Assembly (NCBI GenBank): GCA_045636285.1
Contig: JAZTXJ010000068.1
Span: 1-57,333, forward strand
Reading direction: 5' to 3'
Source: Eubacteriales bacterium
Lineage (GTDB): Bacteria > Bacillota > Clostridia > Oscillospirales > CAG-382
Length of the DNA: 57,333 nucleotides
Shown: piece after piece, positions 27,111 through 37,000 of the stretch
Layout of the letters: each line of letters opens with the position of its first letter
Numbering within the stretch: the first letter of the stretch is position 1
Notes under the pieces: model-generated
Databases searched by the model: none
What the model saw: only the letters and a program-made list of their open reading frames with translations
What the model was told of the DNA's origin: nothing
Position numbers and translations under genes: made by a program

Positions 27111-28601
27111 TTATGAGAAATCGATAGTTTCGAGCATATCCTGAAGCTCGGTTTCGGCTTTTGCGATTACCGATTCAAAGCGCGAAGCTACGTTTTTATC
27201 GAGATTCATATACTGACCCATAATGCCGCCCCAGCCGTAAGCACAGCCAAGGTCGAAGGTGCGCGAATCGAAGATAAGGTCGAGCATTTCGCCCGATTCG
27301 TCATCGCGCGAATCGCGGTATTTGAGCTGAATATCGTAATATGCGGGGGTTACGAGGTGCATCGAATATTCCGAAATCGCCGTAATAACCGTGCCGAGCT
27401 CTTCAAGGCTTTCTTTGGAATGGGTAACGGGAAGGAACATAACCGATGCGTTATCCTTCGAAACGGTGTGATAATATCTGTCCTGTGTTTCGTAGTACTT
27501 GGGCATGGGAAGTATGCCGAATTCGTCTTCCATCTGTCTGAACGAAGCAACGTTGATAAGTCCGCACATATAGAAGAGCTCTCTGCCCTCTACAAACGAC
27601 TTGTGAACGGTTTCTTCCCAAACGTTCTGGGGATAGGGATATTTGGATTCATACTTCGGGCTGTTTGCCACCATAACAACGTTTTGGTTGTTGTAGAATT
27701 CGAGAATATCGCTCAAAATGGTGTATGTAGCTTCGGTTTCGTTCGAAAGAGTGAGGTAAGGAAGGTCGTTTTCGTCCTTCTGCGCGATCTTCTGACCTGC
27801 CGCTACGAGATGAACGTAAATGTTATAGGTTTCGGTGCCGAACGCCCAAGTATCCTTTTCGTCGAGCACGCCGTCGCCCGTGGAATCGTAGGTGATAGTG
27901 TTTTCGGTGCAGATTTCAACAAGCTTATCGTAGGTCCACTGATCGTCCTTTACGAGCTGATAAAAATCCTCTTCGATATTGAGCTTGCCCTTGAGGTTTT
28001 TATTGAAAAGAATACACCAGGTACCCTGATCGTCGTAGGTATTGATGTCGCCGCAGGTGAAGAATACCTTATCGGAAATCGAAAGATCCTCTACCGCGTT
28101 TTTGTCCCACCAAGGCTTAGTAAGATCGATAGTTTCGATCGCGTTTATATCGACAAGCATATCCTCGAGTGCGAGAGTAGATGCTCTGCCGAGCGAATCG
28201 AAGCATATATCGTAGGTATGAAGTCCCGAGGTGACCTGATTTTTGATAATCTGGGGAACGGTGGTGCCGGTTGTGGATTCGTGCACCATTTCGCCCTTGA
28301 TAGTGCAGTTATAGTTGGTTTCGATATAATCGACGACCTGCTTTTTCGCATCGTCGACGGAAGAGGGGTTTTCTTCCTCGTAAATTATTTCGCCGGTGTA
28401 GCCGAGAATCGAATTCGATACGGCGCCGAAGTGGTGGCAAAGCACCGAAATTTCCCTTCCGCCGAGATCGATAACAGGTGTGGTAAGAGTAAGTCCCTGC
28501 GATTCTTCCACCGCAGAGGATTCCTCTTCTGCGCCGTTGCAGGCAGACATCAGCGGAACCAGCATCAGCAAAGCCAGCAGGCAGACCAAAAGCTTTTTCA
28601 T
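27111..28601 (-). CDS. Extracellular solute-binding lipoprotein (carbohydrate ABC SBP-like), copy 1
   Basis: MKKLLVCLLALLMLVPLMSAC lipobox. DL.KPWWD, FNK.L, WT.DKL, F.EGR.LF, FGILPMPKY...Q..Y and RDDES.EMLDLIF motifs. Start moved to 28601. Confidence 0.85.
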   Translation of the reverse strand: MKKLLVCLLALLMLVPLMSACNGAEEESSAVEESQGLTLTTPVIDLGGREISVLCHHFGAVSNSILGYTGEIIYEEENPSSVDDAKKQVVDYIETNYNCTIKGEMVHESTTGTTVPQIIKNQVTSGLHTYDICFDSLGRASTLALEDMLVDINAIETIDLTKPWWDKNAVEDLSISDKVFFTCGDINTYDDQGTWCILFNKNLKGKLNIEEDFYQLVKDDQWTYDKLVEICTENTITYDSTGDGVLDEKDTWAFGTETYNIYVHLVAAGQKIAQKDENDLPYLTLSNETEATYTILSDILEFYNNQNVVMVANSPKYESKYPYPQNVWEETVHKSFVEGRELFYMCGLINVASFRQMEDEFGILPMPKYYETQDRYYHTVSKDNASVMFLPVTHSKESLEELGTVITAISEYSMHLVTPAYYDIQLKYRDSRDDESGEMLDLIFDSRTFDLGCAYGWGGIMGQYMNLDKNVASRFESVIAKAETELQDMLETIDFS

Positions 28602-28659
28602 AATATATCCTTTCCTTTTGCGGCGCACGCATTTGCGCCGTCTTGTTATAATATTATAT

Positions 28660-28739
28660 ATTATAGCGTTATATTCTATGATTGTCAAGCGAGAAGACGA
28701 AACGATTCGATTGACAAATCGCCGCCTGCGGTGAATAAT
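28660..28739. promoter_or_regulatory. Duplicated divergent promoter pair (minus intact, plus decayed)
   Basis: Minus: TTGACA(28688-28683)-17-TATAAT(28665-28660). Plus: TTGACA(28711-16)-17-AATAAT(28734-39). Homologous to 30477-30556. Confidence 0.75.
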
Positions 28740-28781
28740 CACACAACGTAAGAATATTGTTTTTTAAAAGGAGATGAGGTT

Positions 28782-28826
28782 TTGTCCTCTGCATTCGGAA
28801 TTTTTTATATCGGAGCTTCCTTTTAG
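28782..28826 (+). pseudogene. Truncated duplicate of the 5' end of the LCP-like gene (MSSAFGIFYIGASF*)
   Basis: AAAGGAGATGAGGTTTTGTCCTCTGC is identical at 28767-28792 and 30577-30602. The intact gene begins MSSAFKNFF. Confidence 0.7.
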
Positions 28827-28894
28827 CCGTTTGTATGCTCGGACGCGCAAACCGTATTCCGATTTGTGCGGCTGAACACACAAGCCTTTAATTT

Positions 28895-28924
28895 GACTGC
28901 CCCCGCGGTAAAGCAGGGGCAGTC
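28895..28924 (-). terminator. Terminator-like hairpin after SBP copy 2
   Basis: GACTGCCCC...GGGGCAGTC stem just past the stop. Confidence 0.65.
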
Positions 28925-28936
28925 TGTAAAACGGGT

Positions 28937-30418
28937 TTATTCGAAATCCATGCTGTCGAGCGTATCCTGAATCGCCATTTCGGCAGAGGTAATTACCGAT
29001 TCGAAGCGGGACGCAATGTTCATATTGAGCTGCGTATACTGACCGATAATGTTACCCCAGTTGTATGCGTCTGCAATATCAAAGGTACGGGACGCGAAAA
29101 TAAGGTCGAGCATTTCGCCCGATTCGTCATCGCGCGAGTCACGGTACTTAAGCTGAACGTCATAGTATGCGGGAGTTACGTAACGCTTGGATTCCTTTGC
29201 AAGTGCAGTGATCACAAGACCGAGATCATCAAGTTGGGGAGTAGTGGTGGGAATGTGCATAACGGTGTTGTGTCCCGCCTGTACGGTGTGATAATATCTG
29301 TCCTGTGTTTCGGTGTACTTGGGAATGGGGAGAATACCGAATTCGTTTTCCATAACGCGGAAGGATGCGGCGTTGAAAAGACCGCACATATAGAACAATT
29401 CTCTGCCTTCAACGAACGCCTTGTGAACGGTTGCTTCCCAAACGTTGGAGTAGCCCTTCTTTTCATACTTGGGAGTGTTGGCTACCATAACGACGTTTTC
29501 GTCGTTGTAGAATTCAAGAATATCGCTTAAAATGGTGTAAGTAGCTTCGGTTTCTCTCGAAAGCGTGAGGTAAGGAATGTCGTTTGCATCCTTGCCCGAA
29601 ACGTGCTGACCCGCGCCGATAAGCTGGATATAGATGTTATATCTTTCGGTGCCGAGCGCCCAAGTGTCGTGTTCGTCAAGGATGCCGTCACCGGTGGAGT
29701 CATAAGTAATGTTGTCTTTGCAGATTTCCTCGAACTTATCCATGGTCCACTTGTTGTCGCGGACGAGTTGATAAAAATCTTCTTCAATGTTGAGCTTCGA
29801 CTTAAGGGTTTTGTTGAAAAGCACGCAGAAGGTGCCCTGATCGTCAAAGGTGTTGATATCGCCGCAAACAAAGAAAAGCTTGTTGCCGATAGAAAGGTCC
29901 TTAACAGCGTTCTGGTCCCACCAGGGCTGAGAAAGATCGAGGGTAGAGATGGTGGTAAGGTCTACCTGAAGCTTTTCGGTCGCCATAGCAGATGCAGAGG
30001 TGAGAGCGTCGAACACGATGTCGTAATAGTGAAGATCGGAGGCTACCTGATTCTTGATAATCGAGTTGTTGTATTGACCGATAGGGTTAAATTCACCGTT
30101 GATTTCAACGTTGTACATGCTTTCGATCTTGTCAACAACGATCTTCTTGGCCTCGTCAACCGAGGAGGGATTTTCTTCGGCATACATGATTTCGCCGGTA
30201 TAACCGAGAATAGACGAAGAGCCTTCGCCGAAGTTATAGCAAAGAACGTTGATCACTCTGCCGCCGAGATCCTTGACCTCAACGGGAATGTTCATCGGAT
30301 CTTCAGAATCGAATTGATTAGCGCCGGCGGAAGACTCGTCGGCAGTTTCGGACGATTCGCAAGCCGCAAAGCCAAAAACAAGCATTGCCGCAAGCAAACA
30401 AATAAACAATTTTTTCAT
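28937..30418 (-). CDS. Extracellular solute-binding lipoprotein, copy 2 (paralog of 27111-28601)
   Basis: MKKLFICLLAAMLVFGFAAC lipobox. Long blocks shared with copy 1 (SILGYTGEI, EENPSSVD, YDSTGDG.LDE, ETEATYTILSDILEFYN, QLKYRDSRDDESGEMLDLIF). Confidence 0.85.
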   Translation of the reverse strand: MKKLFICLLAAMLVFGFAACESSETADESSAGANQFDSEDPMNIPVEVKDLGGRVINVLCYNFGEGSSSILGYTGEIMYAEENPSSVDEAKKIVVDKIESMYNVEINGEFNPIGQYNNSIIKNQVASDLHYYDIVFDALTSASAMATEKLQVDLTTISTLDLSQPWWDQNAVKDLSIGNKLFFVCGDINTFDDQGTFCVLFNKTLKSKLNIEEDFYQLVRDNKWTMDKFEEICKDNITYDSTGDGILDEHDTWALGTERYNIYIQLIGAGQHVSGKDANDIPYLTLSRETEATYTILSDILEFYNDENVVMVANTPKYEKKGYSNVWEATVHKAFVEGRELFYMCGLFNAASFRVMENEFGILPIPKYTETQDRYYHTVQAGHNTVMHIPTTTPQLDDLGLVITALAKESKRYVTPAYYDVQLKYRDSRDDESGEMLDLIFASRTFDIADAYNWGNIIGQYTQLNMNIASRFESVITSAEMAIQDTLDSMDFE

Positions 30419-30476
30419 TTTCGTTCCTTTCGGTCTTTTTACGGGTGCACAAAGCACCGATAATATGGTGTTACGT

Positions 30477-30556
30477 ATTATAGCACTATATTCTTTAACT
30501 GTCAAGCGAGAAGCCAAAACAATGCGATTGACAAATCGCCGATATTGGTGTATAAT
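30477..30556. promoter_or_regulatory. Back-to-back perfect-consensus sigmaA promoters
   Basis: Minus: TTGACA(30505-30500)-17-TATAAT(30482-30477) with extended TG. Plus: TTGACA(30528-33)-17-TATAAT(30551-56). Confidence 0.85.
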
Positions 30557-30591
30557 CGTTTAGAAATACAATGGGTAAAGGAGATGAGGTT

Positions 30592-31563
30592 TTGTCCTCT
30601 GCTTTTAAGAATTTTTTCATCACCTTCGCCGTATGCCTGCTGGTGTTCGGCTTTGTAGGTCTTAAATTTATCTATCCGTGGGTGTCCGATATAGTCAATT
30701 TCGAAGAATTGGGAGAAAACGTTTCGGGCGATACGAGCGAAAACGTTTCGGGCGATACGAGCGAAGATACCTCGCACCCTGTCGTCGTTCCCGACGATTT
30801 TGATGAAAACGGCGACGTGTTCACCGCTATCGTGATGTGCGTCGATTCAAAGGGCTCTGCTCTCAATACCGTGTTTATCGATTCGAACGGAAAATCCAAG
30901 CAGTTTATCTACTGCCCCATTTCTCCGACCGTGAAAAACACCAACGAAGCGGGCGCGCTTGTGCCCATAGGCGATCTCTTCGCCATACAGTCACCCGAAG
31001 CGATTTGTCAGACCGTTTCTGCGATGACGGGTATCGAAACCAAATACTGCCTGCGCTTCGACCGTGAAGGCGTGCGCGCTCTGGCGCAGCTTATCCCCGG
31101 CGCAAGCGTTACCCTTACCGAAGACGTTATTATCGTCAACCCCCTTTATGCCGATTACATTCCCGTTATCGGTCAGCCCTACCCCGACGATTACTATATT
31201 ACGATCTCCAACGTTGACGGCAAGGTTCTGCTCAACGAAGTGCTGAACGAAAAAACAAAGCTCGACTGGCTTCTTTCCTACAACCCCTCGGCTGACGGCA
31301 GCGAATACAACGCGCTCTACACGCTTATCGCAAAATCGCTTATCAAGCAGTTTTTCGCAAGCGAGGACGCAATGAAGAGCACCGAAGCGATGTCCCGGCT
31401 CCTCAACTGCTGTCAGACCAACCTCACGCTCGATGCGGCAAGCGGTCATCTCGAAACGATATTCTCCTACAATGATTTCAGACTCCACGAAACCACCTAT
31501 CCTTCCAACTGGGAAACCGCCGTGGTTAAGCTCCGCGAGCTCGACGGAAGCTACAACAAATAA
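30592..31563 (+). CDS. Membrane-anchored LytR-CpsA-Psr (LCP)-like protein, divergent
   Basis: N-terminal TM helix. FTAIVMCVD, KQFIYCPISP and TVSAMTGIETKYCLRFDREGVRALAQLIPGASVTL resemble the LCP pattern, but the canonical Arg/Asp motifs are absent. TTG start after GAGG. Confidence 0.55.
   Translation: MSSAFKNFFITFAVCLLVFGFVGLKFIYPWVSDIVNFEELGENVSGDTSENVSGDTSEDTSHPVVVPDDFDENGDVFTAIVMCVDSKGSALNTVFIDSNGKSKQFIYCPISPTVKNTNEAGALVPIGDLFAIQSPEAICQTVSAMTGIETKYCLRFDREGVRALAQLIPGASVTLTEDVIIVNPLYADYIPVIGQPYPDDYYITISNVDGKVLLNEVLNEKTKLDWLLSYNPSADGSEYNALYTLIAKSLIKQFFASEDAMKSTEAMSRLLNCCQTNLTLDAASGHLETIFSYNDFRLHETTYPSNWETAVVKLRELDGSYNK
30715..30762 (+). repeat. 24-bp in-frame tandem duplication (ENVSGDTS x2)
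   Basis: GAAAACGTTTCGGGCGATACGAGC repeated exactly twice. Confidence 0.9.
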
Positions 31564-31575
31564 CGGAGGCGCAAA

Positions 31576-32862
31576 ATGAACAAAAACTACTCCCCCGCAA
31601 CAAAATGCATTCATTCGGGATATGAACCCGCAAACGGCGAACCGCTCGCTTTGCCGATATATCAGAGCACGACCTATTCCTACTCTTCCCCCACCGAAAT
31701 CGGCAAGCTCTTCGATCTTACCGCAGACGGCCACATGTATTCGCGCATCTCCAACCCCACGGTTGCCTGTGTCGAAAACAAGATTGCCGATCTTGAAGGC
31801 GGTGTCGGAGCGCTCTGCACCAGCTCGGGACAAGCGGCAAGCTTTCTCGCTATCGTAAATATCGCTTCGGCGGGCGACCATATTCTCGTTTCTTCGAAAA
31901 TCTACGGCGGCACGACAAACCTCTTCAACGTAACCCTGCGCCGCTTCGGGATCGATTGCACCTTCTTCGATCAGGATATTTCGAACGAGGAAATCAAAGC
32001 GCTTATTAAGCCGAACACCAAGCTTATCTTCGGTGAAACCATCGCAAACCCCGCGCTTTCGGTTTTCGATACCGAAAGAATCGCAAAGGTAGCGCACGAA
32101 GCGGGTATCCCCCTTATTATCGATAACACCTTTGCAACCGGCGTGCTTTGCAGACCGATCGATTTCGGCGCGGACATCGTTGTGCTCTCCACCACGAAAT
32201 ATATGGACGGCCACGCGGTACAGCTCGGCGGCTGTGTTGTCGACAGCGGCAATTTCGCTTGGACACAGAACGACAAGTTCCAAGGTCTTTGCACCCCCGA
32301 TGAATCCTACCACGGAATCGTATATACCGAATCCTTCGGCAAGCTCGCGTATATTACCAAAATGCGCGTTCAGTTAATGCGCGATTTCGGTGTTTACCCC
32401 ACCGCGCAGGCGGCTTTCTTGCTCGATCTCGGTATGCAAACGCTCGACGTGCGCCTTGCTCGCCACTGCGAAAACGCACTCACGGTTGCAAAATATCTCG
32501 AAGAAAGCGGTTACGCGGAATACGTTAACTATGCGGGACTCGAAAGCAACAAGTACAATTCTCTTGCGAAAAAATATCTGCCCAAGGGCTGCTGCGGTGT
32601 CGTTTCGTTCTGTATCAAGGGCGGCAGAGAAAAGGCGGAAGGCTTTATGAACTCGCTTTCGCTTTTCGTGAACGCGGTTCACGTTGCGACCGTTCATTCC
32701 TGCGTGCTTCACCCCGCAAGCTCTACTCACCGCCAGTTAAGCGATGAAATGCTTGTCAACGCGGGTATCGATGCGGGACTTATCCGTATTTCGGTCGGTA
32801 TCGAAGATATAAACGATATACTTGCAGACCTCAAGCAAGCGTTCGAAAAGGCGTTCGCGTAA
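31576..32862 (+). CDS. O-acetylhomoserine aminocarboxypropyltransferase / cysteine synthase family (MetY-like)
   Basis: PIYQSTT, YSRISNPT, SSGQAA, IYGGT, ETIANP, IDNTFAT, STTKYMDGH (PLP lysine), HPASSTHRQL, IRISVGIED. Confidence 0.92.
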   Translation: MNKNYSPATKCIHSGYEPANGEPLALPIYQSTTYSYSSPTEIGKLFDLTADGHMYSRISNPTVACVENKIADLEGGVGALCTSSGQAASFLAIVNIASAGDHILVSSKIYGGTTNLFNVTLRRFGIDCTFFDQDISNEEIKALIKPNTKLIFGETIANPALSVFDTERIAKVAHEAGIPLIIDNTFATGVLCRPIDFGADIVVLSTTKYMDGHAVQLGGCVVDSGNFAWTQNDKFQGLCTPDESYHGIVYTESFGKLAYITKMRVQLMRDFGVYPTAQAAFLLDLGMQTLDVRLARHCENALTVAKYLEESGYAEYVNYAGLESNKYNSLAKKYLPKGCCGVVSFCIKGGREKAEGFMNSLSLFVNAVHVATVHSCVLHPASSTHRQLSDEMLVNAGIDAGLIRISVGIEDINDILADLKQAFEKAFA

Positions 32863-32912
32863 ACTCTTTTTGAAAACTTTGTGTTAATTTAAGGAAAACA
32901 CAAAATAGACTA

Positions 32913-32941
32913 TTGAAATTTATAAATTAATGTGATATAAC
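32913..32941 (+). promoter_or_regulatory. sigmaA-type promoter of the ferredoxin gene
   Basis: TTGAAA-17nt-TATAAC with extended TG. Confidence 0.6.
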
Positions 32942-32970
32942 GTAATTAATAATTACGGAGGTGTTTACTT

Positions 32971-33144
32971 ATGGCATATTCTATCGTTAACGAAACCTGC
33001 ATCGGTTGCGGCACCTGCGAGGCTGAATGCCCCGTAAGCGCAATCACCGTTGGTGACGACGGCAAGTATGTGATCGACGCAGAACTTTGCATCGAATGCG
33101 GCGCATGCGCAGGCGTATGTCCCGTTGATGCTCCCCAGGCGTAA
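32971..33144 (+). CDS. 2[4Fe-4S] clostridial-type ferredoxin (57 aa; below ORF-track cutoff)
   Basis: MAYSIVNETCIGCGTCEAECPVSAITVGDDGKYVIDAELCIECGACAGVCPVDAPQA*: two CxxCxxCxxxCP motifs. GGAGGTG RBS. Confidence 0.97.
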   Translation: MAYSIVNETCIGCGTCEAECPVSAITVGDDGKYVIDAELCIECGACAGVCPVDAPQA

Positions 33145-33162
33145 ATCAAGGGCCGAAACCCG

Positions 33163-33198
33163 ATAATGCGTTCATAGGTAGTCCTATGAGCGCATTAT
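33163..33198 (+). terminator. Terminator after ferredoxin
   Basis: ATAATGCGTTCATAGG-TAGT-CCTATGAGCGCATTAT, followed by TGTT. Confidence 0.7.
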
Positions 33199-33323
33199 TG
33201 TTATACTGCGGTTTTTCGCCAAAAAACGCCACGCGTTGCAAGTATGTAAACAAATTGTAAAAATACGAATATTTTTGTGACTTTTCGGCACAAATGTAGT
33301 TTAATATAACAGGGTGCTTTATT

Positions 33324-34052
33324 ATGGGCGATCTACGTATAAACCGAATAAATGCAGACATAATCCTTCGTGAACCCGAAGGCGGAATCCGATTCGGAAC
33401 CGATGCGCTTCTGCTCGCAGATTTTGCTTCGAATATGCGTAAGGGGCTGTGTATCGATCTGGGTACCGGATCGGGAGTTATCCCCCTGCTTATGCTCGCT
33501 TCGGGCTGTAATGCCGATTTCTGCGGGCTTGAGCTTCAGCCCGAATATGCTCTTATCGCACGTGAAAACGCAGAAAACAACGGATTTTCGGATAGATTCG
33601 AGGTAAAATGCGGCAGTGCGGCTGATTTCAGAAGCCTTTTTGAAAGCGGCAGAGCCGATTACGTTATAACGAATCCGCCTTATATGCGCGCCGATTGCGG
33701 TGCCGAAAACGAATCCACCCCCTTGAATATCGCAAGGCGCGAAATTTCGGGCGGGATAGATATGTTCTGCGAAGCGGCATCGTGGTGCTTAAAGAGCGGC
33801 GGCGGCTTTTTTGCGGTCTACCGCCCCGACAGGCTTGTGAACCTGCTCTGCGCGATGCGAAGCAACAGAATAGAGCCCAAGCGCCTGCGCGCCGTTGTCC
33901 CCTCGGCAGGAAAAAAGCCCTCTCTTATTCTCATAGAGGGCAGAAAAGACGGCAAGGAAGGGCTCGTTTATGAAAACGACCTGATTATTTACAGCGACGA
34001 AACGCATACCGCGCAAACCGCGGAAATGCAGAAAATATACAGCAGATTTTAA
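33324..34052 (+). CDS. tRNA1(Val) adenine-37 N6-methyltransferase (YabB/TrmN6-like)
   Basis: RFGTDALLLADF, DLGTGSGVIPL, ITNPPY, IARREI, VYRPDRL...EPKRLR. Confidence 0.88.
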   Translation: MGDLRINRINADIILREPEGGIRFGTDALLLADFASNMRKGLCIDLGTGSGVIPLLMLASGCNADFCGLELQPEYALIARENAENNGFSDRFEVKCGSAADFRSLFESGRADYVITNPPYMRADCGAENESTPLNIARREISGGIDMFCEAASWCLKSGGGFFAVYRPDRLVNLLCAMRSNRIEPKRLRAVVPSAGKKPSLILIEGRKDGKEGLVYENDLIIYSDETHTAQTAEMQKIYSRF

Positions 34053-34064
34053 TTCTTGGAGAAA

Positions 34065-37000
34065 ATGGCAAAAAGAAGCTTGGCATTGATTTTAATAATG
34101 CTCACCCTTCTGCCTGCGCTCGTTTACGCAGGTAGCGTTCTTTTTGCGCCCGTTTCGCAGTTCGAAAGACTTGATAACGAACGCGAAACTGCAATTTCCG
34201 CCGCCTTGGGCAACAAAAAGCCCGAAGAGGCAAACCCCGAAATTCTCCCCGATGGGAACAGATATATAGTTCAGTTCAAAAAGGATGCCGAGCTTTCGCT
34301 TATTTTCGATTCGCTCGAGGGCATTCCCTGCCGTCTGCTTGCCGAAAGCGAGCAGAGGCTTTTTGCCGTTTCTGCCGACAGCAAGGACTTTTTCACCGTA
34401 AATTCCGAAATTATCGATTATTACGAGCCCGATTTGGAGCGTGAATCGCTCGCCGTTACCGATGATCCCGTTACCCTTCCCGTTTATGAATCGGCGGGCA
34501 TAATCACCGCTTGGGACACGGTAAAGGCAAGCAGTGATATTATCGTCGCGGTGCTCGATACCGGCGTCGACCGTCGGCACGAGGACCTTGCGGGGATAAA
34601 CCTTCTTCCCGGATACGATGCCGTTACGAAAACCGCGGGTGTCGATTCCGACCCTGTCGGACACGGCACGGGCGTTATCGGAATTATCGCCGCGCAGGCG
34701 GATAACGGCTTGGGTATCGCAGGGGTGGCGCACGGTGTTACGGTATTGCCGATCAAGGTTTCGGCAAGCAGTACCACGATATATTCGTCCGATCTTATTG
34801 CCGGAATACGCTTCGCGGCAGACGCGGGCGCAAAAATAATAAATATGTCTGTCGGCGGATATACCTATTCCTATGCCGAGGAGGACGCTGTTAACTACGC
34901 CGTAGAAAAGGGCTGTGTTCTTATTTCGGCTTCGGGTAACGGCGGCAACCGTCCCTATGCCGACCAAAAGAGCTATCCCGCATCGTACGATAACGTAATT
35001 TCGGTCGCTTCCTGCAACGAAAACGGCGAAAGAAGCGATTTTTCGCAGTATAACGATTCGGTCGACGTCGCGGTGAACGGCGAAATGCTTTCGCTTCCCT
35101 ACGTCGATGAATTCGGCAATTCTGTCTACCGCACCGATTCGGGCACGAGCTTTTCCTGCGCGATAGTAAGCGGTATCGCCGCGCTTGCGGCAACGCGTGC
35201 GGGAAATGCAAGGTTCGGCGCGGATGAATTTTTGTCGCTTATCGTTTCCGCCTGCGGAGCAAGCCGTACCGACGAGCTCGGTCACGGCGTAATAAACGCA
35301 TACGAAATAACAAGACGCGCACACCTGCCGATCATCACGGGTGTTATGAACAACGGCAGATATTCCGACAGCGTGCGTATCGGCTTCAACCGCGGAACCG
35401 CCGTGCTTAACGGCGAACCCTTCGAGGACGGCGAAAAGGTTCTGGCAAACGGCAGGCATTCGCTCACCGTCACCGACGGCGAAAACGAAATCGCTATCAC
35501 CTTTATTCTCGATTACGACCCGATTTCCTATAAATTCGAAGAAATCGCCGCCTATTCTTATTTCGAATTCAAGCGCGGAAGCGCTCTTCTCGACGGCTTC
35601 CCCTATAACTCGGGCGACCACATTTCCACAACGGGAAAGCACGAATTCACGCTTTTCGACGGCGATGAACGGCTCGAAAAAACCATATATCTTCAATATG
35701 CACTCCCTGCCGTATACGGTATCGAAAACGGCGGGATATATAACAAGCCCGTAGAAATCCGTATCGTAGGCGACGGAAGCGCGTTTTTGGACGGCAAGGA
35801 AATATACGGAGAAGCCGCGGTATGCGAAAGCGGACCGCACACGCTTACCGTAAAAAGCGGAAACGGCGCCGTAACCGAGGAATACGGCTTCGTGCTCGAT
35901 TTCGGATATTCAAGCACGCATATAACCGACTATGCCAACGGAAAAGCGGCTATCGACAGCGAAAACGGATATTTCTGCCTTTACGGCGATTCGCTTGTCG
36001 GGGTACGCATTTACGATATTTCACTGCCCGAGCAGTATCTGCATTTTCTTCCCACAGGTCGAATCTACGGTCACGCATTCACCGAAGAAGCGCTTATTCT
36101 TTTCGGCGATAACGGCATTTCTCTGCTCGACCGCGCAACCGCGCGCCGGGGCGAAGCGGCGCTCAATCGGCTCGGCGCAATCGGCGATATGAGCTTTTAT
36201 ATGTATGCCGAAAACGAAATATACGGATTCGGAAACGGTCTTATGCGTAAAATCTCGCTCGACGGAAGCTTCGAAGAGGTACGCGAATTCGGGTTCGAAA
36301 CCGAGCTTGCCTTCTATGACGACGGAAAATTCTGTCTGCTTGCCCCTTCATCCGACCGACTCGTCCGTATATACGACGCAACCGAAAATACGCTTACCTC
36401 GTTTGAGCTCGACAAAACCGCAGACGGTGTTCCGCTTTGCTTCGGCGAAGGGCTTTTGGCGGTAGGCAACGAGCTTATAGATATAACAAACGGCAACACG
36501 GTGCTTGAATTCTGCTCGAACGCCGCGGTTCTTATCGAAAACGGTCTGCTTTATACCGATAACCGTATAATCGATATTGCCACGGGCAGAGAGCTCGCAA
36601 GCTTTCCCTATCCCGTATCGGATATAGTCACCGCCGAAAACGGTGTATATCTGTTCGGAGCCGAAAGCGTTATGACCTTTATCGCAAGCGGTGCCGAAGG
36701 CTTTGCGGCTTACGGCGCGGCGGAAAGGCTCGAAGCGGCTATTTCGAAGCCCGAAACCATTAACCCCTACCGTACCGATGCTTTTTACCCGATTGATTCC
36801 AAAATCATATCGGCAAAGGCGAACCTTAACACCGTGTTCTTCCTGCTTTCCGACAGCAACCGTATTTACAGCTTCGATTCGGACAGCTTTACCGAACACC
36901 CCGCTGTTCCTTTAAGATTCTTCCCCGAAAGGCTGTTTGTTTCGAACGGATACGTTACCGTAACCTTTAAAAACAGCAACACGGTTTATTTTGCCCCTGT

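Noticed and set aside
27111-30418. SBP paralogs as a DGR target/template pair or shufflon
   Set aside because: Differences are spread along the genes and include many synonymous changes not confined to adenines. No invertase or inverted sites.
31540-31576. SAM riboswitch or T-box before the metY-like gene (also T-box before ileS)
   Set aside because: Intergenic gaps of 12 nt and 22 nt leave no room, and no consensus motifs were seen.
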